Program-made: the position numbers and the translations under genes | Source of the DNA: an uncultured Alphaproteobacteria bacterium | Lineage (GTDB): Bacteria > Pseudomonadota > Alphaproteobacteria > CAAHEQ01 > UBA3637 | Direction of reading: 5' to 3' | Length of the DNA stretch: 64,000 bases | Assembly (NCBI GenBank): GCA_905236245.1 | Contig: CAJOPC010000029.1 | Coordinates: forward strand, 384-64,383 | Shown here: one piece after another, positions 48,198-56,992 of the stretch | Layout of the letters: the number at the start of each line of letters is the position of its first letter | How positions within the stretch are numbered: the first letter of the stretch is position 1 | The notes under the pieces: generated by a model | Seen by the model: the letters and a program-made list of their open reading frames with translations, nothing else | What the model was told of the DNA's origin: nothing | Database searches by the model: none

Positions 48198-48479
48198 ATG
48201 TCCGATAGGAATATTCCCCCGGCAACCGATTGGAGCTCGTTTTTAACAAAGGCAACCCAAGATTATTATCATTTTGCAATGCAATCAACTCCTTTGGATG
48301 CAAAAGAATTTAGTGCCTATCACAGCGCGTGTAAGGCTGCTTTAAGCCATATTTTAATTCTAAAAAAACTTATTGAAAATTCATCGGACAAAACAACAGA
48401 GCCCGATCTTTTTTCCTTATTGGAAAATGCACGAAAGGCAACCTATGACCCGGACGGAACAAATGATTCATTTGATTGA
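48198..48479 (+). CDS. small ORF in the terminase small-subunit position (T7 gp18 size)
   Basis: 93 aa versus 89 aa for T7 gp18. Acidic C-terminus. Immediately upstream of and overlapping TerL. Assigned by position and size only. Confidence 0.35.
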   Translation: MSDRNIPPATDWSSFLTKATQDYYHFAMQSTPLDAKEFSAYHSACKAALSHILILKKLIENSSDKTTEPDLFSLLENARKATYDPDGTNDSFD

Positions 48480-49872
48480 ATTTGTATGGATTTGGAATCA
48501 ACAATTAAAATTTGATTTACCCAAACACCACCGTGCTATTTGTCGCTTTTTAGAAACCTTTTTTCAAAATGATAAGCGCGGGCTATTAATGGCCTTTCGG
48601 GCATCCGGCAAATCTACCTTGGTCGGATTATTTTGTGTATGGGCCCTAAGATTAAATCCAAACTTGCGCATTTTAATTGTCGCTGCCGATCATAATTTGG
48701 CGAAAAAGATGGTTCAACATATAAAAAGAATCATCAACAAACATCCATTATGCCAAGATATGAAACCGATACATCCGGACGAATGGGCTTCAGATTGCCT
48801 GTCCGTCCGACGGCAAGATACCGGACGAGATCCATCCGTTTTAGCCAAAGGATTAGGCGCAAACTTGACCGGCTGCCGCGCAGATTTAATTATCTGTGAT
48901 GATGTAGAAGTTCCTAAAACAAGCGATTCGGCTACAAAGCGTCATGAGTTGCGACAAAAATTATCTGAATTAGATTATATTTTAACATCTAATGGAGGTA
49001 TTTTATATATCGGCACACCCCATGCAAAAGAGACTATTTACAATACACAAGATGGCTTCTTAAAAAATTGGCCTGTTTTAAAAATTCCTATTTTGAATAA
49101 AAATGGAGAATCTAATTGGCCAGAGAAATTTGCTATTGAAAAAATTGAGGCCTTAAAAAAACAAACAGGTCCAACAAAGTTTTATAGCCAAATGATGTTA
49201 GACCCTATCAAAAGCGCAACGAATCGTTTGGACACAAGCCGGCTTGTTTTCTATGATGACGAAATCAGTTATCATGAAGCAAATGAAGCATCCACATTAA
49301 AAATAGGCAACAATCAAATGGTCTCTGTTTCCTGTTGGTGGGATCCCGCCTTTGGATCAGCAAAAGGAGATCGCAGTGTTATTGCCTGTGTTTTTTCAGA
49401 TGCAAACGGACACTATTATTTGCACCGCATTGCTTATTTAAAGGTTCCACCTCATATGGAAGCTGCGGGCTATCAATGTCGTGAAGTTGTTGCTTTTATT
49501 CAGGAAAATCACCTGCCGGCTATTCATTTGGAAAGCAATGGCATTGGTAAATTTTTACCTGCCTTATTGCGACAAGAGTTAAACAAAGCGCATGTTGCCT
49601 GTGCGGTCATTGAAGAAATTTCTCGCACCCACAAACAAGACCGTATCTTGGCCGCATTTGAAGTGCCGCTGATGAACGGAGCGCTATCTGTGCATACTAG
49701 CATTAAAAACACGCCTTTTATGGATGAATTGCAAGACTTTCATCCTTTTATTGCCAAAGGACATGATGATGCTTTGGATGCCGTTGCTGGCTGCCTCTTA
49801 TCCGAACCGGTTCGTTTAAAATATAAAACATTTATCAATCCTGTCCATCAAAATTGGCAGGGTTATTTTTGA
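48445..49872 (+). CDS. terminase large subunit
   Basis: Start is taken at MTRTEQ (RBS AAAGG). Walker A MAFRASGKST, Walker B ADLIICDDVE, and nuclease-domain WWDPAFGSAKGDRSV. Confidence 0.85.
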   Translation: MTRTEQMIHLIEFVWIWNQQLKFDLPKHHRAICRFLETFFQNDKRGLLMAFRASGKSTLVGLFCVWALRLNPNLRILIVAADHNLAKKMVQHIKRIINKHPLCQDMKPIHPDEWASDCLSVRRQDTGRDPSVLAKGLGANLTGCRADLIICDDVEVPKTSDSATKRHELRQKLSELDYILTSNGGILYIGTPHAKETIYNTQDGFLKNWPVLKIPILNKNGESNWPEKFAIEKIEALKKQTGPTKFYSQMMLDPIKSATNRLDTSRLVFYDDEISYHEANEASTLKIGNNQMVSVSCWWDPAFGSAKGDRSVIACVFSDANGHYYLHRIAYLKVPPHMEAAGYQCREVVAFIQENHLPAIHLESNGIGKFLPALLRQELNKAHVACAVIEEISRTHKQDRILAAFEVPLMNGALSVHTSIKNTPFMDELQDFHPFIAKGHDDALDAVAGCLLSEPVRLKYKTFINPVHQNWQGYF

Positions 49873-49883
49873 AAGGAAACAAA

Positions 49884-50291
49884 ATGACAGAATTAGAAAT
49901 TTTTGCAAAAACATTGTTTGGAGAAGCGCGTGGAGAAAAACTGTCCGGCATTGAGGCCGTTGCTAATGTAATTTTAAACCGCGTCAAACATGCTATCCAA
50001 ATCGGCAATTATTGGTGGGGGAAAACAATTGAAGAAGTTTGTTTAAAACCATTTCAATTTTCTTGCTGGAATAAAGCCGATCCCAATTACACCTTATTGA
50101 CCCAAAATTTGGATGATAATAAGGTCTATCAACTTTGTAAACGCGTTGCCAAACGAGCCATTACCGGCTTTTTAACGGATAACACAAATGGAGCGACACA
50201 TTATCACACCAAAAGCATCCATCCCCAATGGGCCAGGCGCGCCGTTCCATGTGCCGACATAGGACAACATCTTTTTTATGCATTGTATTAG
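49884..50291 (+). CDS. SleB/CwlJ-type cell-wall hydrolase (endolysin)
   Basis: 135 aa from the ATG at 49884 (RBS AAAGGAAA). LFGEARGE...AVANVILNRV...PFQFSCWN is the Hydrolase_2 signature. Confidence 0.85.
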   Translation: MTELEIFAKTLFGEARGEKLSGIEAVANVILNRVKHAIQIGNYWWGKTIEEVCLKPFQFSCWNKADPNYTLLTQNLDDNKVYQLCKRVAKRAITGFLTDNTNGATHYHTKSIHPQWARRAVPCADIGQHLFYALY

Positions 50292-50300
50292 GAGATCCAT

Positions 50301-50612
50301 ATGCCCACGCCACACTTAAATATTGAAATAGGCAAACTCATGGCAACGGTTGCCGCCTTACAAAATCAGTTGACGGATATTAAAAAAGAAATCAATATCC
50401 TGGCCGATCAAGTCAGCACTTTAAGGGAAGAACTTAGCAATTTTATCGGCACAGTTCAAACAAAAAATACCTGTCAGTTAATCCATGAAAAATTAAAAAA
50501 TGAGTATGTTTCCAAATTGGAAATACTGCCGTTAAAAACTTTGGCCAAAACTGTCTGTATCACAGCCGCCACAGCCATCTGTTTGGCTTTAATGAATCTT
50601 ATTTTAAAATGA
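50301..50612 (+). CDS. coiled-coil protein with C-terminal TM anchor (holin/spanin-like lysis accessory)
   Basis: 103 aa with a C-terminal hydrophobic segment VCITAATAICLALMNLIL. Position after the endolysin. Confidence 0.4.
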   Translation: MPTPHLNIEIGKLMATVAALQNQLTDIKKEINILADQVSTLREELSNFIGTVQTKNTCQLIHEKLKNEYVSKLEILPLKTLAKTVCITAATAICLALMNLILK

Positions 50613-50623
50613 AAGGAGAAAAC

Positions 50624-50803
50624 ATGATGCAATTTATTATCAATAATTTTAGCGATATTTTGGGTGCCCTCACCTCTATTATTGCTGGGGCCAGCGCTTT
50701 ATCAGCCATAACACCTAATGACAAAGATGATAAAATTTTAAGCAAAATTAAATCGTTCTTAAACATCTTTGCGTTAAATATTGGCAACGCTAAAACGGCT
50801 TAA
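50624..50803 (+). CDS. small membrane protein (putative holin)
   Basis: 59 aa from the ATG at 50624 (RBS GAAAGGAG). One TM helix, then ITPNDKDDKILSKIKSFLN. Confidence 0.4.
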   Translation: MMQFIINNFSDILGALTSIIAGASALSAITPNDKDDKILSKIKSFLNIFALNIGNAKTA

Positions 50804-51302
50804 TCGTTTTTAAAGGATGGATGGATTCAATGTGCTTGCAACCAAAATCATGCCATGATTCATTTGGCATTAAAGCAAGTTGAACCATCCGTCCTGACTT
50901 TAATTTATTTTGTGCTGATTGTGCACATACATATCCCAAAAATTGCTTTAGCCCCGGCAACTCTCCCACAATCATAACTCGGGATAAAATATCATCTAAA
51001 CTATTTATCATTTCTAAAATACGATAATCCGGGGCAGCATACAATCCATCTTTACAGAGAATATCCGCTCCTTTTAAAACTTCGTGCAAAAGATCTATCG
51101 TCTGACACACATACAGGCACGGAGAACATAAAATCAATTCCGGCCTCAAAAAGTCTTTTTCTTTTAACTCTTCCAATAATCCCAAAACCTGATCAACCCC
51201 TTTTTTGGACAAAGGGCGTTTCAATTCGTTCATAACAGGCGCTTTTAAATCAGGCGTGCCAGCCGCAATAATTTCTAAATACTTACGTTGCATCAATCCC
51301 AT
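50790..51302 (-). CDS. SixA-fold histidine-phosphatase homologue lacking both catalytic His residues
   Basis: 170 aa. It aligns by eye to E. coli SixA (RPLSKKG, ILCSPCLYVCQT, VMIVGELPGL), but RHG is replaced by AAG and SHLP by GELP. Confidence 0.55.
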   Translation of the reverse strand: MGLMQRKYLEIIAAGTPDLKAPVMNELKRPLSKKGVDQVLGLLEELKEKDFLRPELILCSPCLYVCQTIDLLHEVLKGADILCKDGLYAAPDYRILEMINSLDDILSRVMIVGELPGLKQFLGYVCAQSAQNKLKSGRMVQLALMPNESWHDFGCKHIESIHPLKTIKPF

Positions 51303-51347
51303 TCCTTTTTCTTACATATGGGATTTTTTATAAAAATTGCAATTTCT

Positions 51348-51608
51348 TTAATATTTTTTAAATTGAATTGTTCTAGCGGCAGAATCTTTTAATTGCTCCT
51401 CACGAACAATTTGTGTTTTGTCTTTTTCCTTCTTTTGACCTGTCACCAAAGCCCAACTTTCAGATAAAAAATAGGCCGTTTTTGTAATACTGGTTTGAGG
51501 TGTGATTCCCCAACCTATCCACAAAATAATAACTAAAATACCCAGCAATAAAACAAGGTTCACAATTGCCCCTAAAATCCATTGAATGATTTTAAAAAAT
51601 TTATCCAT
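51348..51608 (-). CDS. small membrane protein, unknown
   Basis: 86 aa with one long hydrophobic N-terminal segment. Confidence 0.4.
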   Translation of the reverse strand: MDKFFKIIQWILGAIVNLVLLLGILVIILWIGWGITPQTSITKTAYFLSESWALVTGQKKEKDKTQIVREEQLKDSAARTIQFKKY

Positions 51609-51659
51609 TGAAATTTATCCTCTCTTACGCTATATTGACTGTAACAAAAGAGTATGTAA

Positions 51660-52334
51660 ATGTCAAGCACTGAAATTATTAAAATCGGATCTGTTTCTTT
51701 ATCTTTAAATAAAAGCCTGCGCGCCAAGCATGTTTTTTTAAAACAAGATTCTAAGGGTGAAATAACTTTAACCTATCCTAAATTTTATCCGAAATGTTGG
51801 GCCGTTCGTTTTGCAAAAACCCAAATGCCTTGGATTCTCGCCCATTTAAAACATGGCCAAAAAGAAACAGTTTTTGCCCCAAATGATACCATACAAATTT
51901 TGGGAAAGTCTTATCTTTTAACATCTGGCAAACGAACTTTAGAGTCGCAAACCGAACTCACCATTTCTGGCTCCCCAGAATTTTTTCATCGTCGTGTTTG
52001 CTCGTATGCACAAAAACAATTATTACCCTATATTCAACAAAAAGTTAAAAGTTATGCCACGCAATTAGGTGTCAAACCAGGACGCATTACGCTTCGTGAT
52101 ACATCCTCCCGATGGGGCAGTTGTTCCAGCACTCATAACCTTAGTTTTTGTTGGAAAATTGCCTTTTCACCATTGGATGTTATTGACTATCTAATTGCAC
52201 ACGAGGTCTCTCACTTATCTCACATGAATCACGGTCCTAAATTTTGGGCAACTGTGGATAAATTAACAAATCACCGCATGCAGGCCGAAAAATGGTTAAA
52301 AGAAAACGGCCGCAAACTACAAAGTATTCGATAA
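51660..52334 (+). CDS. M48-family metallopeptidase (YgjP/DUF45)
   Basis: 224 aa. WGSCS and HEVSHLSH motifs. Confidence 0.8.
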   Translation: MSSTEIIKIGSVSLSLNKSLRAKHVFLKQDSKGEITLTYPKFYPKCWAVRFAKTQMPWILAHLKHGQKETVFAPNDTIQILGKSYLLTSGKRTLESQTELTISGSPEFFHRRVCSYAQKQLLPYIQQKVKSYATQLGVKPGRITLRDTSSRWGSCSSTHNLSFCWKIAFSPLDVIDYLIAHEVSHLSHMNHGPKFWATVDKLTNHRMQAEKWLKENGRKLQSIR

Positions 52335-52341
52335 TAAAAAA

Positions 52342-52361
52342 AGCCCTGATAAATCAGGGCT
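52342..52361. terminator. bidirectional terminator between ygjP-like and ppiA
   Basis: AGCCCTGA / TCAGGGCT inverted repeat with an A-run and a T-run. Confidence 0.6.
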
Positions 52362-52378
52362 AAATTTTTAAGATTTAA

Positions 52379-52900
52379 TTACTTATCAGCATCTGCTGCA
52401 ACTTGCATTTTTACAATAATATCTGGATTTGCCGGTGGTTCTCCACGCTTAATCATATCCACATATTCCATACCTTCTGTAACCTTACCCCAAACGGTAT
52501 ATTGACCATCCAAGAAACCAGCGTCAGCAAAGCAAATAAAGAATTGGCTGTCCGCACTATCCGGATCCATAGCTCTTGCCATAGAAACAGTTCCGCGTCC
52601 ATGATGTTCAGAGTTAAATTCTGCCGGCAAATTTTTACCAGAGCCTCCCATACCTGTTCCGGTCGGATCTCCCGTTTGAGCCATAAAGCCATCAATTACA
52701 CGGTGGAATTTAATACCATCATAGAACCCTTTACGCACGAGTTCTTTAATTCGCGCAACATGCTTCGGCGCAGCCTCAGGCAACATTTCAATCACCACGC
52801 GACCGTAGTCTAAATCCAAATACAAAGTATTTTCTTTATCCATTGTATATCCTTTCGTTGAAATAATTAAAGTTAAAATCAAAGCTAAAATTTTTTTCAT
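52379..52900 (-). CDS. ppiA: periplasmic cyclophilin-type peptidyl-prolyl isomerase
   Basis: 173 aa. Signal peptide, and FHRVIDGFMAQTGDPTGTG. Confidence 0.9.
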   Translation of the reverse strand: MKKILALILTLIISTKGYTMDKENTLYLDLDYGRVVIEMLPEAAPKHVARIKELVRKGFYDGIKFHRVIDGFMAQTGDPTGTGMGGSGKNLPAEFNSEHHGRGTVSMARAMDPDSADSQFFICFADAGFLDGQYTVWGKVTEGMEYVDMIKRGEPPANPDIIVKMQVAADADK

Positions 52901-53103
52901 TTTTTCCCCCTTTTATGTTTACATTTTTCACAAGTACACTTGATATGCTCAAGCTTACATCTTTCATGCTCAGCCTTTTGACAAGTATCACACGATTTAT
53001 GATGTCGTCTGATTTTGTTTCTTAACCATGTCCGTGATTTTTTAAATAACAATAACGGGCATAATAAAATCGCAATAGAAGCGCAAAACGGGCAAGGACA
53101 CAT
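52897..53103 (-). CDS. Cys/His-rich mini-protein with one TM segment
   Basis: 68 aa. MCPCPFC-TM-...CDTCQKAEHERCKLEHIKCTCEKCKH. ATGA overlap with ppiA, and its start abuts the upstream stop. Confidence 0.4.
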   Translation of the reverse strand: MCPCPFCASIAILLCPLLLFKKSRTWLRNKIRRHHKSCDTCQKAEHERCKLEHIKCTCEKCKHKRGKK

Positions 53104-54033
53104 CTATCCTATTCTCCCGCTACTTCTCGTTCTCACCTTAGATCCTTGCGGCGTCCAAGGAGCAGTCAACATACGCAAACTCTTTACTTCTGATGCCCCC
53201 ATAACACGCATATAATCAGAATCTTCTTCAACCTCAATTCCATAACCGATGCCACACATTTTTAACGTTTTTTCTAAATGTTTTTCTTCTGCAGGTGACA
53301 TATCTTGAAGTCTATATCTAAAATAAGGTACTTCAACACCATATTTATCATATACTTTTTTACCTTCCCAATTATGCATATTGCGCCAATCATTTGCCGG
53401 ATCTGGTTTATCTACAAATAATGCATCTAAATCTCGAACAGATTGAGGGGCCACTCTCCAAGTGACATCATTTGGCTTTACCGATTCAGACTCGGCAGTG
53501 GCTACACGCTTAATACCTAAAATGCCTAACTTTGCCAAACGCGTCTGAAGTTTTTGTTGTTCTTCCTCATTATAACGACTCAGATTAATTCGACAAGTTG
53601 TGGCAGGAACGCCATCTCTTGTAAAAACTTGAATTAAATCCCATGCCAAGAAAGAATCCCATGCAGGAACACCTTTTTTATCAATTTTATGTGATAAACT
53701 CTTTTTCTCTAAATCGGATGAATACTCATCATATCGATGGGGATCCAATTCAATACCACGTTCACCCCAAATGCGCTCTAATTTATCAACACTGTCCCTA
53801 TCTGCAACCTGTAAAAATAAAGTGCCAGCCCGGATACCAGTATGATTATGTCTAGAACTTTTGACCTTTGTAACAACGCCTTCCTCAGCTAAAGCTTGTT
53901 GCATTTCCTCAATCTCACGCTCACTTTTACCAGCAAGGCTACGACGATATGTTAACAATGTATACAAACCATTTGGTGTTATTTTACTGGTAACCGCAGT
54001 ATACCAATCCGTTCCTTTAATTTTCATTTTCAT
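53104..54033 (-). CDS. hypothetical protein with three internal repeats, overlapping the gyrA 3' end
   Basis: 309 aa. Related segments lie near aa 29, 150 and 249 ([25 protein letters not shown] / [21 protein letters not shown] / [23 protein letters not shown]). 17-nt overlap with gyrA. Confidence 0.5.
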   Translation of the reverse strand: MKMKIKGTDWYTAVTSKITPNGLYTLLTYRRSLAGKSEREIEEMQQALAEEGVVTKVKSSRHNHTGIRAGTLFLQVADRDSVDKLERIWGERGIELDPHRYDEYSSDLEKKSLSHKIDKKGVPAWDSFLAWDLIQVFTRDGVPATTCRINLSRYNEEEQQKLQTRLAKLGILGIKRVATAESESVKPNDVTWRVAPQSVRDLDALFVDKPDPANDWRNMHNWEGKKVYDKYGVEVPYFRYRLQDMSPAEEKHLEKTLKMCGIGYGIEVEEDSDYMRVMGASEVKSLRMLTAPWTPQGSKVRTRSSGRIG

Positions 54034-56821
54034 TCTCCTTTACTTCTACCTGTTCGGTGGGGGCATTTTGTTCAGAAACGTTCTCCGGATTTTCCTCTGT
54101 TTCTTCTTCATCACCCATATCGGCAACACAGGTTGCAGACACCACTTTTTCATCTTTACCCAAGCGGAACACAATCACACCCATTGTGGCACGTCCCGCA
54201 ATGCGGATATCATCCACACGTGTCCGAATCAACTGACCACCATCGGTCACCAACATCAAGTGATCACCGGACTTCACTGGCATAGAAGCCACCACATCCG
54301 CGGCGCGTTTGCCTTCATCAGTCTTGATATTTGTCACACCCTGTGTGCCACGAGATGTAATACGGTATTCATAAGCACTTGTCCGTTTACCATAACCAGC
54401 CGAAGTCAATGTCAAGACGAATTCTTCATCTGCCGCCATCTTTTCAATTTCTTCTGGCGTCAAAATGGTATTTGTTGTGGACTCTGTTTCAACCACATCA
54501 TCTTCTGTAGCTAATCCTGCCGCCCGACGACGTGCAGCAGCCTCTTTCAAGTAAGCATCACGCTTGTCAATTTCAGCTTTGGCGTGTTTCAGAACAGACA
54601 TAGACATCACTTCGTCGCCCTTGGCCAACTTCATACCACGCACACCGGTTGACGCACGAGAAGCGAACACACGCACATCCTCCACAGGGAACCGCACGCA
54701 CTTACCGTTTTTGGCGGACAACAAAATATCTTGATTGTCATCGCAAATCGCAACGCCCACCAACTTATCGCCTTCGTCCAACTTCATGGCAATCTTACCA
54801 TTTTGATTCACGCGCCAGAAGTCGGAAAGCTTATTACGACGCACTGTTCCTTTGCTGGTCGCAAACATGACGGTCAGCTTTTCACATTCTTCCTCTGTCT
54901 CCGGCAAAATCATAATCGTAGAAATCGTTTCGCCTTGTTGTAATGGGAGCAAGTTGATCAAAGCTTTACCCAAACTTTGCGGACTCCCCTCTGGCAAACG
55001 ATAGGTCTTCATCTTATACACAATACCACGTGTTGAGAAGAACAACAACGGACTATGTGTGCAAGCCACAAACAAATTCGTCACGGTATCTTCGTCGCGT
55101 GTAGACATACCAGCGCGACCTTTACCACCACGGTGTTGTGCCCGATAAGTGTTCAAGTTCACACGTTTGATATAGCCGGTATTCGTGGTTGTTACCACCA
55201 TTTGTTCACGCGGAATCAAATCTTCCATATCTTGTTCAAATTCGGCATCTTCAATGGTTGTACGACGACCTTCTGGGAATTGAGCTTTCACAGCTTCCAA
55301 TTCTTCGCGGATAATGGCCAAAATCTTTTCACGGCTGGACAATGTTTCCAAATAGCCCTTGATCAAAGCAGCTAACTCACCCACTTCGGCGTGAATTTTG
55401 TCACGTTCCAAACCTGTCAAACGACTCAATTTCAATTCCAAAATCGCTTTAGCTTGGGCTTCACTCATCATATAAATGCCGTTTTCAACCTTGCGATCTG
55501 GTTCGTCAATGAGTTGAATTAAAGCCTCCACATCTTTAGCAGCCCAACGCTCGCTCATCAATTGTTCCTTTGCTACATTTGGATCTGGGGCTGTTTTGAT
55601 CATCTCCACAACCTTATCCAAATTTGCAACAGCAATAGCCAAACCAACCAATACATGGGCGCGATCACGGGCTTTATTAAGGTCAAAAGCGGTCCGACGA
55701 CGTACCACTTCTTCACGGAAATCCAAGAAGGCAGAAATAATCTGTTTCAGGTTCATGAGTTCTGGACGCCCGTTGTTCAAAGCCAACATATTCATACCAA
55801 AACTGGATTGTAATGGCGTATATTTATACAACTGATTTAAAACCACATCCGGGAACGCATCTTTTTTCAATTCAATAACAACGCGCACACCTTGACGATC
55901 GGATTCATCACGCAAATCGGAAATGCCGTCAATAACTTTGTCCTTTACTAATTGGGCAATTTTCATAATCATTTCGGCCTTATTGACCTGATATGGAATC
56001 TCAGTCACAACAATGGCAGTCTTATCTTTCTTGATTTCTTCAATAGAACAACGACCACGAATAATCACGGATCCACGACCTGTTTCATAAGCAGAACGAG
56101 CACCACCACGGCCCAAAATCACACCGCCTGTTGGGAAATCTGGCGCAGGCACGTAGCCAATCAATTCATCAACTGTAATTTCTGGATTGTCAATAGTTGC
56201 GATACAAGCCGACAACACTTCCGCCATATTATGTGGTGGCATATTGGTGGCCATACCAACGGCAATACCACCAGAACCATTGACCAAAATGTTCGGGAAT
56301 CTGGCTGGCAACACAACCGGTTCTTGACAAGATTCATCATAGTTTGGCATAAAGTCCACTGTGTCGCGGTCAATATCTTCCAACAACCAGTGCGCAGATT
56401 GAGCCAAACGCGCCTCGGTATAACGCATAGCGGCGGCTTTATCGCCGTCCATAGAACCGAAGTTACCCTGCGGGCTGATAAGCGGCACACGCATCGAGAA
56501 ATCTTGTGCCATACGCACCATAGCTTCGTAAATCGAGCTATCACCATGCGGGTGATATTTACCCATAACATCACCAACGATACGAGCAGACTTTCTGAAA
56601 GGCTTGTTGTAATCATAGCCGTTTTCGTACATGCTGAACAAAATACGACGATGCACGGGCTTCAAGCCATCACGCACATCCGGTAAAGCACGCGCCACAA
56701 TCACGCTCATCGCGTAATCAAGGTAAGATTTGCGCATTTCTTCTTCAATGGCTGTTTGCATAATATCATTCACAACAACGCCTGTAGATAGGGCTGTTTC
56801 GCTTTTCATTTCTTCGGTCAT
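54017..56821 (-). CDS. gyrA: DNA gyrase subunit A
   Basis: 934 aa. [24 protein letters not shown] and GKYHPHGD motifs, with an acidic C-terminal tail. Confidence 0.95.
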   Translation of the reverse strand: MTEEMKSETALSTGVVVNDIMQTAIEEEMRKSYLDYAMSVIVARALPDVRDGLKPVHRRILFSMYENGYDYNKPFRKSARIVGDVMGKYHPHGDSSIYEAMVRMAQDFSMRVPLISPQGNFGSMDGDKAAAMRYTEARLAQSAHWLLEDIDRDTVDFMPNYDESCQEPVVLPARFPNILVNGSGGIAVGMATNMPPHNMAEVLSACIATIDNPEITVDELIGYVPAPDFPTGGVILGRGGARSAYETGRGSVIIRGRCSIEEIKKDKTAIVVTEIPYQVNKAEMIMKIAQLVKDKVIDGISDLRDESDRQGVRVVIELKKDAFPDVVLNQLYKYTPLQSSFGMNMLALNNGRPELMNLKQIISAFLDFREEVVRRRTAFDLNKARDRAHVLVGLAIAVANLDKVVEMIKTAPDPNVAKEQLMSERWAAKDVEALIQLIDEPDRKVENGIYMMSEAQAKAILELKLSRLTGLERDKIHAEVGELAALIKGYLETLSSREKILAIIREELEAVKAQFPEGRRTTIEDAEFEQDMEDLIPREQMVVTTTNTGYIKRVNLNTYRAQHRGGKGRAGMSTRDEDTVTNLFVACTHSPLLFFSTRGIVYKMKTYRLPEGSPQSLGKALINLLPLQQGETISTIMILPETEEECEKLTVMFATSKGTVRRNKLSDFWRVNQNGKIAMKLDEGDKLVGVAICDDNQDILLSAKNGKCVRFPVEDVRVFASRASTGVRGMKLAKGDEVMSMSVLKHAKAEIDKRDAYLKEAAARRRAAGLATEDDVVETESTTNTILTPEEIEKMAADEEFVLTLTSAGYGKRTSAYEYRITSRGTQGVTNIKTDEGKRAADVVASMPVKSGDHLMLVTDGGQLIRTRVDDIRIAGRATMGVIVFRLGKDEKVVSATCVADMGDEEETEENPENVSEQNAPTEQVEVKENENEN

Positions 56822-56992
56822 TTTCTACCTCATTTCAGCTATTATTTTTTTATAGGTTTAGCCTAGCATTTTCTAAGACGAAATGCAAGCAAAAAAGTAT
56901 AAAAAAATGAATTTTATTTTTTGGAAAAACAAGAAATTTTTTTTATCACTTAAACACCAACTCAAAACCCGTCCGTCCGTGAATTTAATTCA

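Larger units (their letters stand above)
40329..50803 (+). mobile_element. podovirus (T7-supergroup)-derived structural/packaging/lysis module without replication or integration genes (prophage remnant or GTA-like element)
   Basis: Gene order is repressor / 2 unknowns / portal / scaffold / capsid / tubular A / tubular B / gp14-like / small ORF / TerL / endolysin / 2 small membrane proteins. Housekeeping genes flank it, and no att repeats or integrase were seen. Confidence 0.65.

Noticed and set aside
40270-51350. Integrase gene, att direct repeats or tRNA fragment flanking the phage-like module.
   Set aside because: I looked by eye at both boundaries (40270-41116 and 50780-51350) and found none. 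The absence is used as an observation, but it needs a computational repeat search.
53861-56686. Long ORFs overlapping gyrA: 53861-54514 (217 aa) and 55952-56686 (244 aa) antisense, 56161-56616 (151 aa) in an alternate frame, and several 70-106-aa ones.
   Set aside because: The gyrA frame carries unmistakable conserved motifs along its whole length. The others are His/Thr/Cys/Arg-rich and lack RBSs, so they are typical shadow frames of a GC-richer gene.
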